Both the position numbers and the translations under genes were made by a program. The notes beneath the pieces are model-generated. The model had not been told where the DNA came from, searched no databases, and worked only from the letters and a program-made list of their open reading frames with translations. 64,000 bases of DNA from an uncultured cyanobacterium (lineage in GTDB: Bacteria; Cyanobacteriota; Cyanobacteriia; PCC-6307; Cyanobiaceae), in assembly GCA_963765575.1 (NCBI GenBank), contig CAVXWZ010000002.1, positions 544,001 to 608,000 of the forward strand, read 5' to 3'. Within the stretch, counting starts at the first letter, position 1. The number at the start of each line of letters is the position of its first letter. Positions 11,943-20,253 of this stretch are shown here, one piece after another.

Positions 11943-12788
11943 ATGCCAAGTGCCACGATCAAAATATTCTTGGTTCATGGTGATCCGAAACGACTGCGAA
12001 CTGCTGAGATATCTAACTGGACCGGAAAAGCTGTCGCTGGGCCAAGAAGCGAGTTTGAAGGCGTCATCTCACGTGAAGAAGCCGAAGGCTCTGGCATCTA
12101 TCTTTTGACGGGTTCAGATCCTGAAAGTGGCAAGCCTTCAATCTACGTCGGAGAGGCCGAATGCATTCGTGATCGCCTGAAGTCTCACCTGCAAAAGGAT
12201 TTCTGGAATCAGGTTGCCTTCTTCGTCAGCAAAGACGAGAATCTTACCAAGGCTCATATCAGGCACCTGGAGGGAAAACTGATTGAGAAAGCACGCGAAG
12301 CCTCTCGAGCTGTAGTTGTTAACAATCAGAGCAGTGGCGCTCGTCTTCCTGAGTCGGACCGAGCGGATCTAGAGACTTTCCTTGAGAAAGTAAATCAACT
12401 CCTGCCTGTTCTTGGGATCGAACTCCTAGTCCCGACAGTAGCCAAACCCGAAGCCGAATTGGAAGTAGAGATGTTGTCATGTGAAATCAAGGGAGTCAAA
12501 GCACGAGGGCACCTGTCTCCGAACGGCTTTGTCATTCTTTCGGGCTCCCAGGCGGTGCTGAATGAGCGCCCATCAACGCAGAAGTATCCCTGGGCTCTGA
12601 ACATGAGGCTGAAGCTCAAGGAAGAAGGCTCTCTTGCTATCGCAACAGACGCTCTTGTCTTTACAAGAGATGTCGAGTTCACCAGTCCGAGTGCCGCGGC
12701 GGCAGTAGTCCATGGCGGACATGCCAATGGGCTTACTGCATGGAAGGATTCAGAGGGTCGCACCCTTAAGCAGGTTGAAGCCGTATAA
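11943..12788 (+). CDS. Cassette 1: GIY-YIG nuclease with C-terminal DUF4357-like domain
   Basis: GIYLLTG...IYVGEAECIRDRLKSH; C-terminal GFVILSGS...FTSPSAAAAVVHGGHANGLTAWK. Confidence 0.82.
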   Translation: MPSATIKIFLVHGDPKRLRTAEISNWTGKAVAGPRSEFEGVISREEAEGSGIYLLTGSDPESGKPSIYVGEAECIRDRLKSHLQKDFWNQVAFFVSKDENLTKAHIRHLEGKLIEKAREASRAVVVNNQSSGARLPESDRADLETFLEKVNQLLPVLGIELLVPTVAKPEAELEVEMLSCEIKGVKARGHLSPNGFVILSGSQAVLNERPSTQKYPWALNMRLKLKEEGSLAIATDALVFTRDVEFTSPSAAAAVVHGGHANGLTAWKDSEGRTLKQVEAV

Positions 12789-12869
12789 CATCCAGATACA
12801 GAAGGCAGGAGCGGAAAGCTGGCTCCTTGACTCTGATCAAGTGCCCGCTTCTGATCTGGAGCGTTAGGG
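12783..12869 (+). mobile_element. attC site (attC1, 87 bp)
   Basis: R'' GTATAAC, 5-nt spacer, L'' GAT(A)CAGA with one extra base, L' TCTGATC, 6-nt spacer, R' GTTAGGG. Confidence 0.9.
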
Positions 12870-12889
12870 GTCAATAAGGCATTGAGACA

Positions 12890-13825
12890 ATGAAAGGAAA
12901 CGGAATGGACGCGCTAGAAAAGCACCTCAAGCAATGGAAGCAGATATCTGATCGATTGCACGGGCAGTTAGGGCCCGTTATGGAAGCGCAGAAGGCCATT
13001 GAGAAAGCTTTGCGCCCAACTCTTGAGTTACAGAAAGCTCTCAAATCTCCATTGGAGCCCTTCCTGGAAGAGCAAAGGATACTTCAGAAAACTTTCGAGG
13101 GTATAAAGTTACCCAGCTATCAGTTGCCTGACTTAAGTCCTTTTACAAAGGAAATTGAACAATACCAAAAATCTCTCAGTGGCATTATTAGTCCCGCCTT
13201 TGAGGAATTGCAGCGCTCTTTTGAAGAGCTACCTCCAAGAATTCAAGAGGCTCTGCTATTGCTGGCACAACACGGTTGGTATTTAGATTTCAATATGCCA
13301 CTTTCAAGTCTCTGGGAAATTAAGAAGGCAATATCCAGTGGCGAGATCGAAGAGGTAGAAGAGGCGCTAGTAGAATATTTTGAAGGTCAACTGGATGAAA
13401 TAGAAAAATCAATTAACGCTCAATTCCCACATAGATCGCATATCATAAGCTCTGCTGTTGAGGCGCATCGTAACGACGAATACTTCCTGTCAATCCCCGT
13501 GTTGCTGGCGCAAACAGACGGAGTATGCAAAGAAGTTGTAGATCAGTACTTATTTATGAAAAAAGATAGGAAGCCACGAACTGCTATTTATGTTGAGCAA
13601 GTAGCGGCGGACACTTTTAAAGCTGCACTATTAAGTCCATTGGCGGCCAGTTCACCAATAAGTGCCTCTGAGCACGAACGTGAAGCGGGTTTTGATCTTC
13701 TCAATAGGCATATGGTCCTGCACGGTGAGTCATTGGACTACGGAAATAAAACAAACAGTTTAAAAGCGATTTCGCTTATGAATTACGTATCGCAGGTACT
13801 GAAGCCAGATGCAGACTACCCCTAA
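12890..13825 (+). CDS. Cassette 2: hypothetical protein with helical N-terminus and C-terminal HEPN-like RxxxxH motif
   Basis: 311-aa AT-rich ORF (alternative start at 12905); LNRHMVLHG near the C-terminus; bounded by attC1 and attC2. Confidence 0.75.
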   Translation: MKGNGMDALEKHLKQWKQISDRLHGQLGPVMEAQKAIEKALRPTLELQKALKSPLEPFLEEQRILQKTFEGIKLPSYQLPDLSPFTKEIEQYQKSLSGIISPAFEELQRSFEELPPRIQEALLLLAQHGWYLDFNMPLSSLWEIKKAISSGEIEEVEEALVEYFEGQLDEIEKSINAQFPHRSHIISSAVEAHRNDEYFLSIPVLLAQTDGVCKEVVDQYLFMKKDRKPRTAIYVEQVAADTFKAALLSPLAASSPISASEHEREAGFDLLNRHMVLHGESLDYGNKTNSLKAISLMNYVSQVLKPDADYP

Positions 13826-13900
13826 CAAGAACGTAAACTCGGACGCATTTTTTATTCGCTGCGCTCACTACAAATGCGCCGGTTACGGCAAGCGTTACAC
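13820..13900 (+). mobile_element. attC site (attC2, 81 bp)
   Basis: R'' CCCTAAC, 5-nt spacer, L'' CGT(A)AAC(T), inner stem GCATTT/AAATGC, L' GGTTACG, 6-nt spacer, R' GTTACAC. Confidence 0.9.
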
Positions 13901-13919
13901 TTACCAAAGGAAGAGACAT

Positions 13920-14395
13920 ATGAAGATTTTACTGGTCGGCGCAACAGGCACGATTGGAACTGCTGTAGCACATAAACTCGAAGCGCGGCACGAGGTCTTG
14001 TGCGCTAGCCATACCGGTGGGGCGCTCACGGTGGACCTAGCAGACCCTCTCATGGGCCAGGTGAACCTTGTCCGCCTCGGCATCGAGCTCGTCGCCAACG
14101 GGGGCTCCTTCACACTGACGAGCGGGATTGCGAGTCGGCAGCCGATGCCCGGCGGTGCGGTGATCAGCTTGGTAATGCCGGGCTGGAAGGATTTATACGC
14201 GCGGCGGCATTGGAGCTCCCCCGTGGTGTCCGTGTCAATGCAGTCGCTCCCGGTTGGGTGCGGGAGACGCTCGTGGCGATGAAGGCGGACCCCAGTTCTG
14301 GGGTGCCAGCGGCGCAGGTGGCGCAGACCTATGTGAGGTCGGTCGAGGGACTCATGACCGGACAAGTCCTCGATGCAATCGCTGGAGCTGGCTAA
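13920..14395 (+). pseudogene. Cassette 3: short-chain dehydrogenase/reductase, internally deleted and frameshifted
   Basis: MKILLVGATGTIG Rossmann start; VDLADP is joined directly to LMGQVNLVR (the central segment typical of this family is absent); frame change near 14172 into ELPRGVRVNAVAPGWV. Confidence 0.8.
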
Positions 14396-14515
14396 CCCAT
14401 CGTTCGAGGTGAAGAAGATGGGCACATGTCACTGCGAAACTTCCCGGAAATGGGGCGCTGGCCCTGCAGGCACGCCCCGCCAGGGCCAGCAGTGACCTCA
14501 ACGTCGACATCAACA
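14390..14515 (+). mobile_element. Degenerate attC site (attC3)
   Basis: R'' GGCTAAC, 5-nt spacer, L'' GTT(C)GAGG, L' CCTCAAC, 6-nt spacer; the R' position reads ATC instead of GTT. Confidence 0.7.
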
Positions 14516-14800
14516 GCATGTGTGCGGGTCTTGCCGTGATCAATCAGGAGCTCGGCGCCACGGCCGCCCGGGCACACCGATGGGTCGATGCATGCAGAAG
14601 GACCTGCTGATCACGGCGGCGCAATACGGGGCGCTGGTCTGATCGTGCAATCTCAGCCGCGCCATGGGGCGTTCTCTGGCTGCAGCAACGCCGCGAGGCG
14701 GCGCTCCAGGGCGGGCTGGGGCTGCCGGTCGGCCTGGCCAGCCCCCAGCAGCCCCCGGCAGCAACGAGGATGGCAGCGGTCTTTCGCCACGCCCGCTCCC

Positions 14801-15694
14801 GTGCAACTCTCCCTTGGCTGCCGGCTGGAGCTGCAATGTGAGGCGCCCACGCCGGTGCTCACCCTGGTGCGGCCCCACCTCGGTCTGTTGCCGGATCTGC
14901 AGGCCCCGGAACGGGTGGACCTCAGCCCCGATCGCACCCTCGAGGCGCTCACCGATCGCAGCGGCAACCGCTGGAGCCGGATGGTGGCCCCCAGCGGCGT
15001 CACCCGCTTTCACTACGCCACCAGCATCAGCTGCCCGGACGGGCCCGATCCGGTGCAGCCCTCCGCCCGCCAGTGCCCGGTGGAGGCCTTGCCGATCGAC
15101 ACCTACCCCTTTCTCACCGCCAGCACCTACTGCGACACGCCAGCCCTGATGTCGCTGGCCTGGCGGGAGTTCGGTGCGACCCCCGCGGGCTGGAAGCGCG
15201 TGCAGGCCATCTGCGACTGGGTGCATGGGCACATCCGTTTCGATTACGAGGCGGTGCAGCCCCACAAGACCGCCAGCCACACCCTCAGCGACGCCGCCGG
15301 TGTGTGCCGCGACTTCGCCCATCTGGCCATCAGCTTCTGCCGCTGCCTCAACATCCCCGCCCGCTACTGCACCGGCTACCTCGGGTACACGGGCATCCCG
15401 GTGGGCGAAGCGCCGGTGGACTTCTCCGCCTGGTTCGAGGCCTTCCTCGGCGATCGCTGGTATGTGTTCGACGCCCGCCACAACATCCCCCGCTGCGGCC
15501 GGGTACTGATCGCCCGCGGCCGCGACGCCGGCGATGTGCCCTTCCTGCTCTCCTTCGGTGAGCACCAGCTGCTCAGCTTCGAGGTGATCACCGAGGAGCT
15601 GATCCCCAGCCCGCTCAGCGGCACCGCCACGGGTGGGACCTCCGGCAGGGAGTCGATGGCCCTGGGAACTGCAGATGTGGGCAGTTCAACCTAA
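14801..15694 (+). CDS. Transglutaminase-like family protein
   Basis: GVCRDFAHLAISFCRCLNIPARYCTGYLG and DFSAWFEAFLGDRWYVFDAR; probable GTG start at 14801. Confidence 0.85.
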   Translation: MQLSLGCRLELQCEAPTPVLTLVRPHLGLLPDLQAPERVDLSPDRTLEALTDRSGNRWSRMVAPSGVTRFHYATSISCPDGPDPVQPSARQCPVEALPIDTYPFLTASTYCDTPALMSLAWREFGATPAGWKRVQAICDWVHGHIRFDYEAVQPHKTASHTLSDAAGVCRDFAHLAISFCRCLNIPARYCTGYLGYTGIPVGEAPVDFSAWFEAFLGDRWYVFDARHNIPRCGRVLIARGRDAGDVPFLLSFGEHQLLSFEVITEELIPSPLSGTATGGTSGRESMALGTADVGSST

Positions 15695-15771
15695 GAGTTC
15701 AAGCCAGAATTTCCCTGCAAAACAACATCGCCTCTCGTTTCAGGCATGCCTGTAAAATCCCAGCCAGCAAC

Positions 15772-16086
15772 GTGTTTCCCATGGGATTTGCTGCTGCGCT
15801 TGCCGCCGCAATCATCCTCGCCCCAACGGCCGCCCGCGCTGAGGATCCCGGAACCGATTGGCGCTCCTTCAGAGACTGGCTGTTGAGCAGTGGCCGGCCC
15901 GAACTGCTGAAAATCTGCGCCATCGGTCAACAGGTCAACGCCCGGGACCAATCCCTTCGCGATCCCGCCGTCGCCAAGCAATACACCGACCAACTGCTGC
16001 TGGCCGGCAACGGCCTCGCCTGGATTTCGGCCACCAGGGCGGGCTTCTCCACGGCGATGGATCAGGCCTGCCCGGACGTGTGGTGA
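15772..16086 (+). CDS. Small putative secreted protein
   Basis: Signal-peptide-like N-terminus (AAALAAAIILAPTAARA) and two Cys. Confidence 0.55.
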   Translation: MFPMGFAAALAAAIILAPTAARAEDPGTDWRSFRDWLLSSGRPELLKICAIGQQVNARDQSLRDPAVAKQYTDQLLLAGNGLAWISATRAGFSTAMDQACPDVW

Positions 16087-16113
16087 GTTCGTGTGGTGAG
16101 CTCGTGTGGTGAG
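16077..16113 (+). repeat. Tandem 13-bp repeat CGTGTGGTGAG(Y)T, about 3 copies
   Basis: cgtgtggtgagtt cgtgtggtgagct cgtgtggtgag, overlapping the stop of the upstream ORF. Confidence 0.8.
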
Positions 16114-16263
16114 CGTGAGGCCCCCCGTCAGGCGCACGGCCCACACCAGCAAGTTTGACAAGCCGAATCAGGCAGCCGACTGACACCAACGGCTGCCGAG
16201 GCTGATGGCAGGTCTGGGGCACAGAGCCGGTAATTTCGATGGACCGCCGGTGCCCAGCCCAGG

Positions 16264-17334
16264 ATGTCCCAACGTCGACCTGACGGTCCTCCCAGCCCTT
16301 CCGGCACCGGGCCCGCCCGCGGCCGCCGCCTCGCGGCGGGACTGCTGGCCGCTGGCGCCCTGGCCGTGGTAGGGGGCGTGGCCTTCCGAGCGCAGCTGCG
16401 CTCCAGCGCCCCGGCCCTGGCCGACGCCGCCGCTCCGGCGGTCATGGAGGCCCCTGCCACGGCCGTGACCCTGCCCTCGGATCCGGCCCAGCCGCGCCTG
16501 GCCGATGGCCGTCACTACCCCTTGGTGCCGGCCGATCCGGCCGAGCTGGCGGCCCTGCTCACGGCGGTCGAGACGGCCCTGCGCGAGCCCACCACCCCCG
16601 CCGCACAGCTGCCGCGCCTCGGCCACCAGCAGCAGGTGATCTACCGCCGGCTCTCCCACGACCCCGCCCGCTCCGACGCCGTCCTGGCTCGCCTGGATCC
16701 GGCCTGGCGCAGCGTGGCCGACCGCCACCTGGCGGCCCGCCGCGAGTTCCTGAGCATGCAGCGCCGCAGCCGGCCGCTCACGACCCTGCCGGCCTGGCGG
16801 ATCATCCCCCCCGCCCCGGCCGAGGAGTTGCTGGCCCACTACCGCAAGGCCGCCGCCACCACCGGTATCGACTGGGAGGTGCTGGCGGCGATCAACCTGG
16901 TGGAAACCGGCATGGGCCGCATCGACGGCGTGTCCGTGGCCAACGCCCAGGGCCCGATGCAGTTTCTGCCCACCACCTGGGCCCAGCCCGGCGTGGGCCA
17001 GGGCGACATCCGCGATCCCCACGACGCCATCCAGGCCGCCGCCCGCTACCTGGTGCGCCGCGGTGGCGCCCAGGACATCCGCAAGGGCCTGTGGGGCTAC
17101 AACAACAGCGACTACTACGGCCGCGCCGTGCTGCTCTACGCCTCGCTGCTGCGCGACGACCCGCGGGCCTACACCGGCCTCTACCACTGGGAGATCCACG
17201 TGCAGTCGGCGGCCGGTGACCTCTGGCTGCCGGTGGGCTATGCCCAGAGCCAGCCGGTGCCGGTGGCCACCTACCTGCAGCAGGTGCCTGCCAGCGCCCC
17301 ACCCAGGAGCGCCCCTGGCGCGGCCGGGGGATGA
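16264..17334 (+). CDS. Lytic transglycosylase (SLT domain)
   Basis: WEVLAAINLVETGMG, AQGPMQFLPTTW and LWGYNNS; N-terminal membrane/signal anchor. Confidence 0.85.
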   Translation: MSQRRPDGPPSPSGTGPARGRRLAAGLLAAGALAVVGGVAFRAQLRSSAPALADAAAPAVMEAPATAVTLPSDPAQPRLADGRHYPLVPADPAELAALLTAVETALREPTTPAAQLPRLGHQQQVIYRRLSHDPARSDAVLARLDPAWRSVADRHLAARREFLSMQRRSRPLTTLPAWRIIPPAPAEELLAHYRKAAATTGIDWEVLAAINLVETGMGRIDGVSVANAQGPMQFLPTTWAQPGVGQGDIRDPHDAIQAAARYLVRRGGAQDIRKGLWGYNNSDYYGRAVLLYASLLRDDPRAYTGLYHWEIHVQSAAGDLWLPVGYAQSQPVPVATYLQQVPASAPPRSAPGAAGG

Positions 17335-18650
17335 GCAACACGCTCGTGCTGTTGGCCGCCGCAGCGGGGCTGGACCCCCTGCTGGACTGGCTGGAACTGC
17401 AGCAGACCAGCCTGGCCGGGTTCCGCCTCCTGGCCAACACCGAGCTCGCCCAGGCGCTCGCCAGCCGCCCCGTCAGCGCCGGGCTGAAACTCAGCGAGCA
17501 GCACACGCTGGGCAGCCTCGAGGGCGGCGCCGACATCCGCGCCGCCGCCCTGGTGCTCGACGGCGACGCAGCCGCCGTGGTGGCCTTCCCCGATCCCCGC
17601 TCAGCCGCCCATCAGCAGGCGGATACGGCGCTGCTGATCCGGGCCTGCGCCATCGCCCAGACCCCCCTGGCCCTCAACGCCGCCAGCGCCGATCTGGCCC
17701 TGCGGGGCCTGGGCCGCAGCCGGCTGGCCTACCTGCTGTTCAATCCGGTGGCGGGCAACGGCGATGCCGGCGCCGAGCTGGCCCGCATCCGCTTCCTGCT
17801 CGAGCCCCAGCTGCTGGTGACGGTGGTGCACACCCGCGCGGACGTGGATCCAGCCGCCCAGACCCACAAGCTGGTGGAGCTGATCGAGGCCAGGCCCGAG
17901 GGCCATCCCGCCGGCGCCATGGTGGTGGCCTGCGGCGGTGACGGCACCGTGTCGGCCGCGGCCAGTGTGCTGGCCGGCACCACCATCCCCCTGGGGGTGA
18001 TCCCCCGCGGCACCGCCAACGCCTTCGCCACCGCCCTCGGCATCCCCACCGACCTGACGGCCGCCTGCCAGGTGCTGCTGGCCGGCCACGAACGACGCCT
18101 CGACACCGCCCTGTGCAACGGGCGGCCGATGGTGCTGCTGGCGGGGCTCGGCTTCGAGGCCGGCATGGTGGAGCGGGCCAACCGCGAGCTCAAGAGCCGC
18201 TTCGGCTCCCTGGCCTACGTGCTCGCCGGAGCCCAGCAGCTGCTCAGCCAGCAGCCGTTCCAGGCCCGCCTCAGCATCGACGGCAAGACCAGCGAGCTGC
18301 AGGCAGTGGCGATCACCGTGGCCAACGTGGCCCCCGGCACCTCCGTGCTCGCCCAGGGCTTCGGGGAGGTGGTGCCCGATGACGGGCTGCTGGAGGTGAC
18401 CGTGGCCACCCCCGCCAGCCGCCTGCAGGGCCTCAATGCCCTGGCGGCGCTGATGGCCTCGGCCGTGGTGCAGTCACCCACCAGCCACCCCGACCTGCTC
18501 TGCCTGCGGGCCCGCGAGATCCGCATCGAGACCGACAGCCCCCAGAAGCTGGTGATCGATGGGGAGATGATCACCAGTGCCAGCGTGGAGATCGGCTGCC
18601 GTCCCGATTCCCTCAGCGTGGTCACCCCCCTGGCCGTCACGCCGGCCTGA
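17331..18650 (+). CDS. Methylglyoxal-synthase-like domain fused to a YegS/DAG-kinase family lipid kinase
   Basis: N-terminal MGS-like fold; LFNPVAG, ACGGDGTV and IPRGTANAFA. Confidence 0.82.
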   Translation: MSNTLVLLAAAAGLDPLLDWLELQQTSLAGFRLLANTELAQALASRPVSAGLKLSEQHTLGSLEGGADIRAAALVLDGDAAAVVAFPDPRSAAHQQADTALLIRACAIAQTPLALNAASADLALRGLGRSRLAYLLFNPVAGNGDAGAELARIRFLLEPQLLVTVVHTRADVDPAAQTHKLVELIEARPEGHPAGAMVVACGGDGTVSAAASVLAGTTIPLGVIPRGTANAFATALGIPTDLTAACQVLLAGHERRLDTALCNGRPMVLLAGLGFEAGMVERANRELKSRFGSLAYVLAGAQQLLSQQPFQARLSIDGKTSELQAVAITVANVAPGTSVLAQGFGEVVPDDGLLEVTVATPASRLQGLNALAALMASAVVQSPTSHPDLLCLRAREIRIETDSPQKLVIDGEMITSASVEIGCRPDSLSVVTPLAVTPA

Positions 18651-18675
18651 TCCGCCCCTGGCGCCGCATCCGCCC

Positions 18676-20253
18676 ATGACCTTCGCCAGCGAAGCCGGTA
18701 TCCCCACCAAGATCCGGCGCATGGCCGAGAGGGTGCGCTGGGGGCATCCGGCCCTGGCGGCGGCGGGCGTCGATCCCTGCCGGTTGGCTCTGGAGGGCGA
18801 CCCGGGTGGCAGCGGGGCCTTCAGCTTCCTGGTGATCGGCGACAGCGGCACCGGCCGCCGCGGCCGCAACGACCCCCAGCGGCTGGTGGCCGAGCTGCTG
18901 CTGGCCCATGGCGACGACGCCAGCTTCCTGCTGCACACCGGCGATGTGGTGTACCTGGTGGGCTCCAGCGAGCAGTACCGCCGCAACTTCATCCGCCCCT
19001 ACCGCGAGTGGCTGGTGGGGGGCGAGCAGTGGCGACGGCTGCGCCCCCGCGAGCTGGTGTTCCGCCGGCCGTTTCTGCCGGTGCTCGGCAACCACGACTA
19101 CTACGACCTGCCCCTGGCCCTGGCCCTGCTGTCGGTGCTCACGGCCCTGCCCCGCCGGCTGCTGCGGCCCTGGGTCAACCTCGATGTGGGCTGGCACGGT
19201 TCCTTCTGCGGCCAGGCCTGGAGCGAGGCCTTCGTGGATGGGCTGGCGGCCGTGCCGGAGGGGCGCCTGGCCGCCCACCTGGCGTCCACCCGCAGCGCGC
19301 CGGTGGATGGCCCGGGCGGACGCCGGGCCCTGCTCTACCGCCCCGGTCACTTCACGCGTCTGCCCAACCGCTACTACGCCAGCCGCTGGGCGGGGATCGA
19401 CCTGTTCGCCCTTGACTCCAACACCTTCAACGCCCCCCTCGCCGAGGCCTGGGGCGAGGCGGAGCGCCAGGACCTGCTGCGGCAACGCCAGACCCTGGAG
19501 GCTGAACGGGCAGAGCTGCTGCGGGAGCTGGGGGGCACCTGGCTGGCGGGGCGCCACGACGAGCAGGCCGACGACAGCCTCGCCGATGCCCTGGGCCTGG
19601 TCGAGGAGCTGGACGAGCGCATCCACGACATCAACAAGCAGCTGGCCAGTGCCGCCGCCGCCCGCTCCGGCCGTTCCCCCGCCCTCGACCAGGAGCAGCT
19701 GGCCTGGTTCGAGCGCGAGCTGCTGGCCTCCTGGCGCAACCCGGCCGTGCGCGGCCGGCTGCTGGTGCTGCACCACCCGCCCTACGTCACCGAGGCCACC
19801 AAGTGGAACCAGGCCCAGACCCTGGCGGTGCGCCACCAGCTGCAGCAGGTGCTGGATCGGGTGGCCGACCAGCTGGGGGAGCGGCCGGGCGGCAGGCCGC
19901 TGCTGGATCTGGCCTGCAGCGGCCACGCCCACTGCCTGGAGCTGGTGCGGGTGGGCGCCACCGGCCGCGGCGATGCCGGCATCCCCTGGCTGGTGTGCGG
20001 TGGTGGCGGCTACAGCCTGCGCCGCCAGCGGCCAGAGGGGCCGGTGCTCAGCGATGCCGGCGGCCGCCCCCTGGCCCGCTCGCACCTGTTCCATGGCCGC
20101 GACGGCCATGGCGCCGAGCTGCGACGCCGCTACTCCGGGGTGCGCGTGGATGTGGACGCCGGTTCGCCGCCGCGGTTCACGCTCACCCCCCTGGTGGCGG
20201 AGCGGGCCAGGGGCCGCTGGCACTGCCGGCCGTTGGCACCGATCCGGATCTGA
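18676..20253 (+). CDS. Metallophosphoesterase
   Basis: IGDSG, HTGDVVY, VLGNHDYY, HHPPY and SGHAH motifs. Confidence 0.85.
   Translation: MTFASEAGIPTKIRRMAERVRWGHPALAAAGVDPCRLALEGDPGGSGAFSFLVIGDSGTGRRGRNDPQRLVAELLLAHGDDASFLLHTGDVVYLVGSSEQYRRNFIRPYREWLVGGEQWRRLRPRELVFRRPFLPVLGNHDYYDLPLALALLSVLTALPRRLLRPWVNLDVGWHGSFCGQAWSEAFVDGLAAVPEGRLAAHLASTRSAPVDGPGGRRALLYRPGHFTRLPNRYYASRWAGIDLFALDSNTFNAPLAEAWGEAERQDLLRQRQTLEAERAELLRELGGTWLAGRHDEQADDSLADALGLVEELDERIHDINKQLASAAAARSGRSPALDQEQLAWFERELLASWRNPAVRGRLLVLHHPPYVTEATKWNQAQTLAVRHQLQQVLDRVADQLGERPGGRPLLDLACSGHAHCLELVRVGATGRGDAGIPWLVCGGGGYSLRRQRPEGPVLSDAGGRPLARSHLFHGRDGHGAELRRRYSGVRVDVDAGSPPRFTLTPLVAERARGRWHCRPLAPIRI

Larger units (their letters stand above)
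11698..14515 (+). mobile_element. Integron gene-cassette array with no integrase in the window (CALIN-like), three cassettes
   Basis: AT-richer block of co-oriented single ORFs. Each stop codon lies in the TAAC of an attC R'' box and is followed by an imperfect palindrome. Confidence 0.85.

Noticed and set aside
16077..16113. Short repeats as a possible CRISPR array
   Set aside because: The units are 13 bp and directly adjacent with no spacers, and there are no cas genes in the window.
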